IMG/VR virus record: IMGVR_UViG_3300031716_000007
Location: 7,075 to 71,074 of that record
Direction: 5' to 3' (one strand)
Origin: a virus
Lineage: Duplodnaviria > Caudoviricetes
DNA: 64,000 nt
Part shown: piece after piece, positions 28,501-37,350 of the stretch
How positions within the stretch are numbered: the stretch's first letter is position 1
Layout: every line of letters starts with the position of its first letter
Made by a program: the position numbers and the translations under genes
The notes under the pieces: model-generated
What the model saw: only the letters and a program-made list of their open reading frames with translations
The model's database searches: none
Told to the model about the DNA's origin: nothing

Positions 28501-29170
28501 GCCCAAGTGTCGTAGAATCTGCTTTATTAAAACTCTCTGTTATTGTTGTGCTATGAGGAAGTGGAGTAAGTACAGTTGTCGCGTCTTCAGGAATGAAATT
28601 AGAATAATCAACCCCATATTGCTTTTCCAGATAATCAAGATTCTTTTGAATTGCAACATTATTACCCTTGTCAACATTATTCTTATAATCTTCTTGATAA
28701 ACAGCAATTATATTATCCCACTCAGGAGAGACTTGCGGAACGATTTGAGAAGACTTTATTTCTCCCTCATTACCAAGAAACAATCTGCACTTCAAGGTTA
28801 GATCAGGAATTATTGGCTTGCAGAATATTTGGCCCGTCGGATCCGCATGCTTCGTCAACAAATCATAAAGAATGTCTTTTATTGAAGTTGAGGTAAGCGA
28901 GACTGACAGTCTTTTTTCTAAAGATGTTATTATGGAAGGATCTATAATCTCATCTTTCCCAAAGCCGAGAGGAATAAGCTCTGGGTCAATAATCTCCTCG
29001 GGATAGGTGAATATGCCATACCCCTCAGACGCACCCCCAGCTTGACCTTGTTGCGGCAAGGAACGTAAATCCAGGGTACCGACGCATTGATTAGCATTTG
29101 GAGATTCCCAAAAAGGATGATTAGGATTGTCTGTGTTCCAAACCCACTGTCCAAGATAATAATGTTGCAT
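25571..29170 (-). CDS. 1199-aa modular poly-serine protein: N-domain, lectin-like domain, ~215 Ser-rich residues, glycoside-hydrolase-like beta-propeller, ~213 Ser-rich residues, short C-peptide
   Basis: Architecture read directly. The propeller call rests on HPDCIFFP...LWLVFTPYP...IETSNDGQNW and repeated W..Y...NP.I blades. Confidence 0.7.
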   Translation of the reverse strand: MQHYYLGQWVWNTDNPNHPFWESPNANQCVGTLDLRSLPQQGQAGGASEGYGIFTYPEEIIDPELIPLGFGKDEIIDPSIITSLEKRLSVSLTSTSIKDILYDLLTKHADPTGQIFCKPIIPDLTLKCRLFLGNEGEIKSSQIVPQVSPEWDNIIAVYQEDYKNNVDKGNNVAIQKNLDYLEKQYGVDYSNFIPEDATTVLTPLPHSTTITESFNKADSTTLGPDLTWAEVLGDHQVVSNKATQVWASGSTKSCRAESDLSTSDHYCQLDVASFLSANNSSQGGACVRFSSSAETFYVGDYNGYSQPNDRLRIEKCVSGTYSNLNGPDTSGTLTSPCTIKLTVSGSNLEFFVAGVSRLTITDSSITGNLRCGFITQTDSSSTTPTIDNWSAGDFSAASSSSSSSSSSSSSSSSKSSSSSSSSSLSSSSSSSSSSSSSSLSSSSSSSSSLSSSSSSSSSSSSSSLSSSSSSSSSTSVSSSSSSSSSLSSSSSSSSSLASSSSSSSSSSSSSSSSSSLSSSSSSSSSLSSSSSSSSSSSSSSLSSSSSSSSSLSSSSSSSSSSSSSSSSSSSSSSISSSSSSSSSSSTSSSSSSSSSSSSSSSSSSRSSSSSSSSSLTYTNPLSNNGNDSVLHPDCIFFPSGKSGKKLWLVFTPYPADADEEYFIETSNDGQNWEASSPTISNPVLDGKADFGWTFDADPDILYVPQYDKWFMVVAPRISGSSGAAPSACNHALAFGWSNDGITWNWYTGTAINGNTNPIILSGLDSGGQAWEKFDSTHAHTQYPTMIFKNGTFYLWYGETTGNAADSEDGGLTNNVGQMGLATFTWNNSTNVIENFQRSASNPIFAPAKNATYYYGAGHFDVTIDNGGVYHLLCLRVRISDNQIHIWEYTSSDGITWSGGSVKITGGTGTWDQDGCYRACYVHYGDGLQAIMSGRTQIIYSGANGSTYKLGWYDVGNFGIDYTSSSSSSSSSSSSSSSSSSSSLSSSSSSSSFSSSSSSSSSSSSLSSSSSSSSSSSSSSLSSSSSSSSSLSSSSSSSSSLSSSSSSLSSSSSSSSSLTSSSSSSSSSSSLSSSSSSSSSSSSSSSSSSLSSSSSSSSSSSSSSFSSSSSSSFSSSSSSSSSSSSSSLSSSSSSSSQSSSSSSSSLSSSSSSSFSSSSSSSSSQLSSSSSSSSSSSFSARRNMYFEDQTFNFQFFQQVSS

Positions 29171-29180
29171 TGATATCCCT

Positions 29181-32100
29181 CTATGTTTGATCTACAAAAT
29201 CATGAAGATAAGTTTGATCAAAGAAAACAAGATCATCAGTTTCATTATGGAATATAGATTCAAATGGTAACGACGACGCAGACTGAGAGCTTGAACTCGA
29301 TGAGCTGCTGTACAGAGAACTTGAGCTTGAGCTATTTGAATTTGAACTAGAGCTTTGCGAGCTAGACGAGCTTGAACTAAATGAACTAGAACTTGAACTT
29401 GAAAAACTAAAAGAAGATGAGCTTGAGCTCGATGAACTAGAAGATGAAAGGCTCGATGACGATGAACTCGAAAGTGACGACGATGAGCTCGAACTGCTGG
29501 AACTCGAAGAACTAGAACTTGATGAGCTTGACGACGACGAACTGCTTAATGAACTGCTTGAACTAAATGAACTGGATGATGACGAACTAGAAAATGAAGA
29601 GCTCGATGAAGATGAGCTAGAAGATGACGAACTGCTTTGAGAAGAACTTGATGAGCTGCTTAATGAGGAACTCGAAGACGACGAACTCGATGATGATGAG
29701 CTTGACGATGAAGAACTCGATGAACTTGAGCTCGAAAGCGACGAACTAGACGATGAAGAACTCGACGATGATGAGCTTGATAGCGATGAGCTTGAGCTCG
29801 ATGAACTGCTTAATGATGAACTTGAAGATGAAGAACTCGATGATGATGAGCTCGCAACAGAAGAACTAGAACTCGATGAACTACTTTGTGAGCTGCTTGA
29901 GCTTGAAGAACTGCTCAGCGATGAACTTGAACTTGATGAACTGCTCGAGGAAGAGCTTGACAATGAAGAACTGGATGACGATGAACTGCTCGACGATGAG
30001 CTTGATAATGAAGAACTGGATGACGATGAACTGCTCGATGATGAACTTGATAGCGAAGAACTGCTTGATGATGAGCTTGACAATGAAGAACTTGATGACG
30101 ATGAACTGCTTGATGATGAGCTCGATAATGAAGAGCTTGATGATGATGAGCTCGACGAGCTAGAACTTGATAATGAGGAGCTCGATGACGATGAACTTGA
30201 AGAAGAAGAACTGGATAACGACGAACTACTTGATGATGAGCTTGACGAACTCGAACTTGATAATGATGAACTCGATGACGACGAGCTTGATAATGACGAG
30301 CTCGAAGATGATGAGCTTGATAATGACGAACTCGAAGATGATGAACTTGAGCTTGATGAACTGCTTAGTGATGAACTTGAACTTGAAGAGCTGCTCAGTG
30401 ATGAACTGGAACTCGATGATGAAGAACTCGACGAGCTACTTAAAGATGAGCTAGAACTCGATGAGCTACTTAAAGATGAACTGGAACTCGAAGAGCTGCT
30501 TAATGAAGAACTTGACGATGAGCTCGAAGAACTTGAAGAGCTGCTTAATGACGAGCTTGAGCTAGAAGAGCTACTCAGTGATGAGCTAGAACTAGATGAT
30601 GAAGAACTCGACGAGCTGCTTAATGAAGAGCTGGAACTCGATGAGCTGCTTAAAGACGAGCTAGAACTTGAAGAGCTTGAACTCGATGAGCTGCTTAATG
30701 ATGAGCTAGAACTTGACGAGCTTGAAAGCGAAGAACTGGATGATGAAGAACTCGATGACGAAGAACTGGATAATGATGAGCTGGAACTCGAAGAGCTACT
30801 TAATGATGAGCTTGAACTTGATGATGATGAGCTCGATGAACTCGACGAGCTTGATGAACTCGTCTGCACATTTGATACAACATAAGAAACAAGTTCCGTA
30901 TGTGTCCCCGCAATCGCGGCCGATTGCGTAACTTTAGTATCTAAATAATCTCCATCAGAAATCGTAATACTTGCAGTGCTAAACCCAGTCGTATTCGGAT
31001 CCGTTACAGTTAAAGCAAGCCCTGTGTCTGAACCATTCTTTTGAAGCGTATAAGTTTTGCTTTTACCGCCTCCAAATGCCCCACCAATTAAAGCAACTTG
31101 AATGCGCGTAACATAACAATTATTCGATAACTCTAAACGATTTGTTGATGTCCCAGCTCCACCCGATCCAACGTCGCATCCATTGACCGGAAGATAATAT
31201 GTGGCCCCTGTCGCAACTGACCAAAGACCTTGAGCCATAATAGGGAATTCATCTGCGTTGTCTGGAACAAAAACCCATCCAATAATAGGAACATCTGCCG
31301 TCGGTGTATTTGTCGGTCGATATTGAAACGAAATAATATCGCCAGCAACAACAGTAAAAGAATGCGTTGTATCAGATGCAATTGTGTTTAAGTCCGCTAG
31401 ATTTGCATGGAGAGCTGTATCAGAGCCATTCTTACGAAACACTAAATCGTAACTTTTTCCAGATCCAGGTGCCACGGTATCTTGAACATACAAATCTCTA
31501 ATGGTCCCCGGACATGGAATAACAATCTGAGCAAACGTCTCTAAAGATTCCCATCCAAAAGATCCTACTGGCGCGCCAAAATCTCCTTGCGCATTTGACG
31601 GATTACCATGAGAAGCATAAAAACCGCAATATTTACTATTAAACGCATTAAAATCAATGGCCCAAATTGCTGTGCAAGCTGTAGGCGTCGATGATGGTGA
31701 AGCTTTTAATGTGACTGTATCTCCGGCCGCTACTGCAAAACTATGCGAAGTATCTGCCCCTGTCGTATCAGAATCAGATATCGTTATTGTAATCCCCGTC
31801 GCTACATCATTCTTTAAAACAGCGAATGTCCAACTCTTGCCGGATCCAGGCGCCGCGGAGAGGCGGACTCTAAAATTCTTAAAATCTCCTGATGTCGGAA
31901 TTAAATTACGAGCGTAATTATCTAAAGAAGAATTCCAAAAACCAGATGCGTTATTTAAAAGAAACGCATATTGATCAATCGTATTATCAAGAGTCTCCGT
32001 CGATAAACCAGAAACAACGACTTGTCTCGTCGTTGTTTGAGAAGAGCTTGAACTTGAACTAGAAGAACTGCTCAACGATGAACTACTTGAAGAAGAGCTT

Positions 32101-33209
32101 GACAGCGATGAGCTTGAACTTGAGGAGCTAGACAACGATGAACTTGAGCTCGACGAGCTTGAACTTGATGAACTGCTTAAAGAAGAACTGGAACTCGACG
32201 AACTGCTTAATGAAGAACTAGACGATGATGAAGAAGAACTGAGACTTGATGAGCTGCTTGATGAAGAGCTCGAAAGCGATGAGCTGCTCGATGAAGAACT
32301 TGACAGTGATGAGCTGGACGATGAGGAGCTGCTGAACGATGAACTAGAAGAGCTAGAACTCGACGATGAAGAGCTTGATCTTGAAGAACTAGAAGATGAT
32401 GAACTTGATGAGCTCGAAGAAGAGCTTACCCACTCTAAAACTAAATCGTCTATATAATTCCTGGCAGATGAGGAACTTGATGATGAGCTGGATTTTGATG
32501 AACTTGAGCTCGAGGAACTTGACCTAGAAGAACTCGAGGAGGAACTTGATTTAGAAGAGCTACTACTCGAAGAGCTAGAAGAAGACGAGCTAGACGACGA
32601 TGAAGATTCCCAGAAACTCGCCAATACCATCGCTGTGTCATCATTCGATACAGTCCAGCTGAATGTAATTGACCCTTGACTGGTTTGTAAAGCATATTGC
32701 GCATTGGAACTATAAGAGCCTTCATCAACAGAAAATAAAAGAGTCTGATTGTTCGCCGAAGGAGCACTGATCTGTCCATCGCCTAAAATATCAACTAAAA
32801 CATTTCCATTGTGTGTTGTTGTCAGCGATAAGGATGGATTTGCCTGACCAGCATTTAATCCTGTAGCTTGTTCTAATCTAGGAAGAAGACTTGTAATAAA
32901 ACTAGAGGCATAATATTTAATCTCTAATCCACCGCTATTCGGAACACTAATATTCTGCGCCGAAGAAACAGTTGGATTAAATAAATACCATAATTCAGCC
33001 GTACATTCTGCCGTCCCGACCTGTGTTGAACCTGCCTGAGTCATCGCGACGCCATTGTAAGTAGGCGCGCCACCCGTTCGTTGGGTTGTGGTCGCTGTTA
33101 CAATACCAACAACTAATAATTTAGCCGTGGCCCCGCATGTATATGATAGGGTTATCGGATTTCCGGTTCCCCTGGTTGAAGCCGCTTTCGTATCAAACGT
33201 AAAAGCCAT
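29181..33209 (-). CDS. 1342-aa modular poly-serine protein: N-domain, ~185 Ser-rich residues, three beta-sandwich repeats, ~525 Ser-rich residues, short C-peptide
   Basis: Architecture read directly; the middle repeats (APGSGKS.....KN...T) resemble those in 1958..3829 and 5951..7831. Confidence 0.7.
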   Translation of the reverse strand: MAFTFDTKAASTRGTGNPITLSYTCGATAKLLVVGIVTATTTQRTGGAPTYNGVAMTQAGSTQVGTAECTAELWYLFNPTVSSAQNISVPNSGGLEIKYYASSFITSLLPRLEQATGLNAGQANPSLSLTTTHNGNVLVDILGDGQISAPSANNQTLLFSVDEGSYSSNAQYALQTSQGSITFSWTVSNDDTAMVLASFWESSSSSSSSSSSSSSSSSSKSSSSSSSSRSSSSSSSSSKSSSSSSSSSARNYIDDLVLEWVSSSSSSSSSSSSSSSRSSSSSSSSSSSSSSFSSSSSSSSSLSSSSSSSSSLSSSSSSSSSSLSSSSSSSSSSLSSSSSSSSSLSSSSSSSSSSSSSSLSSSSSSSSSLSSSSSSSSSLSSSSSSSSSSSQTTTRQVVVSGLSTETLDNTIDQYAFLLNNASGFWNSSLDNYARNLIPTSGDFKNFRVRLSAAPGSGKSWTFAVLKNDVATGITITISDSDTTGADTSHSFAVAAGDTVTLKASPSSTPTACTAIWAIDFNAFNSKYCGFYASHGNPSNAQGDFGAPVGSFGWESLETFAQIVIPCPGTIRDLYVQDTVAPGSGKSYDLVFRKNGSDTALHANLADLNTIASDTTHSFTVVAGDIISFQYRPTNTPTADVPIIGWVFVPDNADEFPIMAQGLWSVATGATYYLPVNGCDVGSGGAGTSTNRLELSNNCYVTRIQVALIGGAFGGGKSKTYTLQKNGSDTGLALTVTDPNTTGFSTASITISDGDYLDTKVTQSAAIAGTHTELVSYVVSNVQTSSSSSSSSSSSSSSSSSSSLSSSSSSSSSLSSSSSSSSSSSSSSLSSSSSSSSSLSSSSSSSSSSSSSSLSSSSSSSSSLSSSSSSSSSSSSSSLSSSSSSSSSLSSSSSSSSSSSSSSLSSSSSSSSSLSSSSSSSSSLSSSSSSSSSSSSSSLSSSSSSSSSLSSSSSSSSSSSSSSLSSSSSSSSSLSSSSSSSSSLSSSSSSSSSSSSSSLSSSSSSSSSSSSSSLSSSSSSSSSSSSSSLSSSSSSSSSSSSSSLSSSSSSSSSLSSSSSSSSSSSSSSLSSSSSSSSSSSSSSLSSSSSSSSSSSSSSLSSSSSSSSSQSSSSSSSSSVASSSSSSSSSSSSSLSSSSSSSSSLSSSSSSSSSSSSSSLSSSSSSSSSSSSSSSSSSSSSSSSLSSSSSSSQSSSSSSSSSSSSSSFSSSSSSSSFSSSSSLSSSSSSSSSSSSSSSSSSSSSSSSLSSSSSSSLSSSSSSSSSSSSFSFSSSSSSSFSSSSSSSQSSSSNSNSSSSSSLYSSSSSSSSQSASSLPFESIFHNETDDLVFFDQTYLHDFVDQT
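29260..30860 (-). repeat. Degenerate 30-bp and 45-bp tandem units encoding L-S9 and L-S14
   Basis: For example Leu codons at 30726, 30771 and 30801 are separated by 14 and 9 Ser codons; related 45-bp units recur at 29961-30130. Confidence 0.8.
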
Positions 33210-33229
33210 TTTTAATCTACCTGTTTTCT

Positions 33230-35431
33230 CTAATTACCAACTAATTTAACTTGCACATATGCCCATTGACGACTTATGGTCCCACTATATACTTCCCACG
33301 ACGGAGTTGCATCGTCTTGAGCAAAAGATGTTTCTTGCCCACGAATATATGTTGTAAAACTACCGCCATACGTTGATCCATATTTATTTAGAGTGATTGT
33401 ATAATTTCTTGTAACACCTGTTACCCCGGCGTAAATGACATCACTATGTCCTATATCATTTAAATTAAGAGCAAGTTGACCCCAGCTCGGATCATCTTCA
33501 ACATGAACAGCTCCACCGGCACCATCGTCCCAATCGGTCCACGGTTGAGCATTCTCAGGACTGTTTGGATTCTGTTCTCCCCACGCAATCGATCCATTAA
33601 CATATGTTGCGTACATCGAATATTTATTATTTGTATTTGAGAATGATGCTGGATCCGGCCATGTTCCATAAGCACGCGCTTGTGTTCTGCCTTGATTTGT
33701 GTCCCCAGTATCGTAATTAACGCTATCATAAGTATTGTTGTCACACCAAGCGACGATAATATAATCAATGGCGGTCAATGCCTTAGTTGGTATATTGCCC
33801 GCTTTAAAAACATAGAATTGGCTACCCCCTGACAATAACGTAGTTTTTTCTTCTGAATCAGCGACTAAAGAAGAATCGCTATTTTTATAGAGAGCGCACT
33901 TTAATTTAGTTGAATCAGAGGTGGGATTAAAATAAATAGAAAGTTTCTCTAAGAATCCAACGTCTCCGGTAAATTTAGAACCAGTAATAACTCCGGAAGG
34001 AAATGTCACAGATGCGCCGATAGTAGAATATCCAAATGTCGGATCGACTGTTACGGGATATAAAGCTTCGTCCAAAAATTTCTGAGGAATTGTAATAAAT
34101 AATTTTTCATTGATCTTATCTATTGATAAATCACACCATACTTTTTTTCCGTTGGAATCTTCAGCGATAGGACGATATATATGGAATGCTTTCCCAGCCT
34201 CGTATTGATTGTTTTGTTTAGATTCGTGATAAACTGCGTATGATCCAACAACATGAGCTGGCCTATGGCCGGTTATTCTTTCTTCTTTTTCAAGCGGCGG
34301 TTGAAAATAAAATTCCAAACCTTTGGTTTGAATAGATAATTCCTCAACATTTGAATCAGGCTTTGAATCATAAATAATATTAAATTCAAAACCGTCTTCG
34401 TTTTCAAAATGTTCCCATCCCGCATCCTCGCGAATCCCATACCTGATCCAGTCTGGGTCTTTCATAACTCCGTTAGTAATTTGATTAAGTTGTTCGATTT
34501 GCTGTGGCGTGTATTCTATAATCTCAACAGACGTATTCAAATTCTCAGATAACTGTTGGATAAAATCATCGATCAATGAATGATCGATATTTGGATATTT
34601 TGATTGAAGGCCATAAGAAGGATCATAATATTTTGGGATTTCTTCTGGTTTGTAATATTCGGTATAAACTTTGTTGTAAGGACAATTAATATTTAAATAC
34701 CCAGCTACAATCCCGAGAGCATTTTGCTCATGAGCAAATTTAACATCGACATCTCCATCTTTAAAAAATAATTTATTACCACGTCCAGGAAGATTGTAAG
34801 TATCAACCCCATATTTAGCTAAGGTTTGTTTCATGGAATCGACCCAAATCTTATCTAAATTTGGAATCTTCAAAAATCCGTAATGCATGTCGATGTTTAT
34901 TAGATCTTGATCGAAATAATAAGGATTGGCGCTTGGAGATGGGATTCTTACTTGTGGGATTGTAATAGCATCGTAATCAACGTAATCGTCTGCATGTGTG
35001 TTGCCAAAATACATAATAGCTGGTTCCGTTGATGCGTACGTCGCAATGACAATCTCGTCGTCGTTCCATTTAGTATGACGAAACAATTCGTATTCCGCAG
35101 CCGCCACAAACGGATCTAACTGGCCGAGCTTTAACCATTTAATCTTATTTAGAACTAAATCTTCTCTTTTCTTGATTCCATAAAAAGATGCTTTCTTTCC
35201 ATTTTTTTCCCAAACAATTTGCTTTCCGTCGGAAATTATATTGGCTTGAGTAGCAGTATCATTATCAATCAAACCAACGGAAAAATTACATTCGTTGTTC
35301 CATTTCTTTAACTTCATTCTCGGAAAAAAATCAACCTGCTTCTCGTCACCGATAACTGCCTCAATTTGTCGAGTCTCTACCTTATAAGTTGTCTCATTGA
35401 CTGAAATAATATTGTCTTGTAAATGTTCCAT
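33230..35431 (-). CDS. 733-aa virion-type protein with an inserted lipoate-protein-ligase (LplA)-like domain
   Basis: The host domain (FYFQPPL...RP..V.GSYAVYH...KAFHIYRP...YPVTVDPTFG) is interrupted at residues ~96-332 by an LplA-like sequence (see findings). Confidence 0.65.
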   Translation of the reverse strand: MEHLQDNIISVNETTYKVETRQIEAVIGDEKQVDFFPRMKLKKWNNECNFSVGLIDNDTATQANIISDGKQIVWEKNGKKASFYGIKKREDLVLNKIKWLKLGQLDPFVAAAEYELFRHTKWNDDEIVIATYASTEPAIMYFGNTHADDYVDYDAITIPQVRIPSPSANPYYFDQDLINIDMHYGFLKIPNLDKIWVDSMKQTLAKYGVDTYNLPGRGNKLFFKDGDVDVKFAHEQNALGIVAGYLNINCPYNKVYTEYYKPEEIPKYYDPSYGLQSKYPNIDHSLIDDFIQQLSENLNTSVEIIEYTPQQIEQLNQITNGVMKDPDWIRYGIREDAGWEHFENEDGFEFNIIYDSKPDSNVEELSIQTKGLEFYFQPPLEKEERITGHRPAHVVGSYAVYHESKQNNQYEAGKAFHIYRPIAEDSNGKKVWCDLSIDKINEKLFITIPQKFLDEALYPVTVDPTFGYSTIGASVTFPSGVITGSKFTGDVGFLEKLSIYFNPTSDSTKLKCALYKNSDSSLVADSEEKTTLLSGGSQFYVFKAGNIPTKALTAIDYIIVAWCDNNTYDSVNYDTGDTNQGRTQARAYGTWPDPASFSNTNNKYSMYATYVNGSIAWGEQNPNSPENAQPWTDWDDGAGGAVHVEDDPSWGQLALNLNDIGHSDVIYAGVTGVTRNYTITLNKYGSTYGGSFTTYIRGQETSFAQDDATPSWEVYSGTISRQWAYVQVKLVGN

Positions 35432-35449
35432 TTTTTGTCCTGATTTAAT

Positions 35450-35491
35450 AAAAAAGCAGAAAATTTCTGTATAGAAAGATTCTGCTTTTTT
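35450..35491. terminator. Long hairpin with A6/T6 flanks (bidirectional intrinsic terminator candidate)
   Basis: AAAAAAGCAGAA...TTCTGCTTTTTT with an inner TTTCT/AGAAA stem; separates the glyco cluster from the structural genes. Confidence 0.7.
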
Positions 35492-35507
35492 GGGTTATCC
35501 CCACGGA

Positions 35508-36356
35508 TTAATTTTCTAAATAATCTAACTTTTTAAGCCACTCTTTTACTTCTCCTTTATATTCGCGGACATTGGCGCGAGCAATTGTATTATTTTTAAT
35601 GAAGCTTTCTAACTTAAAATCTTTTTCTAAGAAAAAGATTCGCTCCGGCTCTTTATTTGCTAAGCATACATGTAAGTTTCCCGTCACAACAGAAATAACA
35701 CCAGCGGCGGATTCAATTAATCCCACTAGGCTACTTATTTTAGGCTGACATTTACGCGTAGTCGAGTCTATAAAATCATATTTTGCGTTGACAGGATTTG
35801 AAAAAACGTGCGTAAAATACATCTCCATCGGAATGTACCCTGCCTCAAGTATATCATTCCAGATTTGTTTTGCCGTATCATAATCGGCATTGCAAGAATC
35901 TGGCAAACATGTGATAAAAAACTGACATAAAATCAATCGATTTTTTCCTGAAGTAAGCTTTGGATAGATCACTTCATTTGGTTCAATGCCTAGCTCATGA
36001 ATGCATGCCCATTGACCTTTGGTCCAAACTTGTTGGCCTTCATTCATACAAAAATCAACATCCGCAATAATATCGTAGCCATAATTCACGTCGGTGCGAT
36101 TATATGACATGTCATTGACATATATCGATTTGCATGGAAGGTCTTGAGCTAATTCCTGGAATCCCAATCCATCTTGAAGGACCAATGTGAATTCAATATC
36201 TGGGAAAGTTTGGCAAAGCTTTCTTATGGGCTCAATAATCATAATTTGATCGCCGAGGCCGTGACCAGAACACAATGCCACTTTTTTCGGATCAAGTTCT
36301 CTAATGTAATCCGAAAGTTTCTTTTGCCCTTCCCATATGCGTCTTAATCTAAGCAT
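35508..36356 (-). CDS. GT9-like (heptosyltransferase-like, GT-B fold) glycosyltransferase
   Basis: GHGLGDQIMI...LCQTFPDIEFTL and SLVGLIESAAGVISVVTGNLHV motifs. Confidence 0.7.
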   Translation of the reverse strand: MLRLRRIWEGQKKLSDYIRELDPKKVALCSGHGLGDQIMIIEPIRKLCQTFPDIEFTLVLQDGLGFQELAQDLPCKSIYVNDMSYNRTDVNYGYDIIADVDFCMNEGQQVWTKGQWACIHELGIEPNEVIYPKLTSGKNRLILCQFFITCLPDSCNADYDTAKQIWNDILEAGYIPMEMYFTHVFSNPVNAKYDFIDSTTRKCQPKISSLVGLIESAAGVISVVTGNLHVCLANKEPERIFFLEKDFKLESFIKNNTIARANVREYKGEVKEWLKKLDYLEN

Positions 36357-37350
36357 CTGTATCTCCTGGTCCTATCACATCCAAATATCCGTGATCTTTT
36401 TCTGGATGACGATAATTTTTATGTTCTATTTTGATTTTCCAATCAAGCATTTTTCTAAATCTTTCATAAAGACATTCCATAGCCCCGCGCGCAATATTAT
36501 CCGAAGCTAATAACGATTCGCCGCTGGCTTTTAAATATCCTTTTGCACAACCACTTCTATTATTTAACTGACAATTGCGCCATCGCGGATGATAGAACTG
36601 GCCATGATAACTATACATGGGGGTCCCTGTCTCGGTCTTGAGCGATCCAAAATCGCCTACGACGCGTTGATAGGGCTTTAGGTTCTGTTCATTGGTCCCG
36701 AGCCATTGCACGTTAGGAAGGCCAATAGTACGACCTTCAGCGCCATACTGAGACAATTTTAATTGGATCGCAGCCATATCCGGCCCCTTAAAGTTCTCTG
36801 TTGGAAATCCATCGATAAACATCTCATAACTCTCGCGCATTGCTTGTCCCCAAATCTTCGCATCAACAAAAAGCGGACAATTGCAAAGATCCATTTCAGG
36901 AACGAATCCTTCTGGCATGATCCATTGCCCTTTATGCTGATGATGCGGATCATAATAAGATTGTTTCTGTTCTTTAACAGCGCACAAAACTAATCCTGTC
37001 TTTGCCGCAATTTCAAAGAAGTTCTTCGGATCTCTGACAAAAACCATGTCAGCATCAAGAACGCATACAGCATCATAATCTTTACCGATTTGATCTGCGT
37101 AGAAATATCGTTTCCGACATAAGACTTCAGACAGACCATGAGATTCTTGGACTTCATCGTCGGTGATATTATGAAAAATAACTTTAAAACCTAAAGATGG
37201 AAGCTGGTCTATGACTGCTTGCGGGATCTGATATCCATACCAATGCAAATCCGCCTTGTTGCCAACATAATCAAGGCTATTAATCTCAGCAATGGCCTCG
37301 GGCAGATAACGAAGATCACAGCACATTACAAAAGCGTATTTATTTTCCAT
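36349..37350 (-). CDS. GT8-like (GT-A fold) glycosyltransferase
   Basis: RKRYFYA...VCVLDADMVF DxD motif, later PDM and HYH-like SYHG. Confidence 0.65.
   Translation of the reverse strand: MENKYAFVMCCDLRYLPEAIAEINSLDYVGNKADLHWYGYQIPQAVIDQLPSLGFKVIFHNITDDEVQESHGLSEVLCRKRYFYADQIGKDYDAVCVLDADMVFVRDPKNFFEIAAKTGLVLCAVKEQKQSYYDPHHQHKGQWIMPEGFVPEMDLCNCPLFVDAKIWGQAMRESYEMFIDGFPTENFKGPDMAAIQLKLSQYGAEGRTIGLPNVQWLGTNEQNLKPYQRVVGDFGSLKTETGTPMYSYHGQFYHPRWRNCQLNNRSGCAKGYLKASGESLLASDNIARGAMECLYERFRKMLDWKIKIEHKNYRHPEKDHGYLDVIGPGDTDA

Noticed and set aside
5039-30931. Plus-strand Asp/Glu/Leu-rich ORFs (5039-5380, 8920-9360, 27414-28211, 29876-30931)
   Set aside because: They are shadows of the poly-Ser tracts: the shifted antisense frame of TCN/AGY codons can only give GAN or CTN and never a stop, and the other shifted frame gives the Met/Asn/Lys-rich ORFs.
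25645-32600. Poly-Ser tracts as sequencing or assembly artefacts
   Set aside because: Codons are highly mixed, reading frames stay intact through all tracts, and tags recur in independent genes. The exact unit number in the longest tract still needs long-read confirmation.
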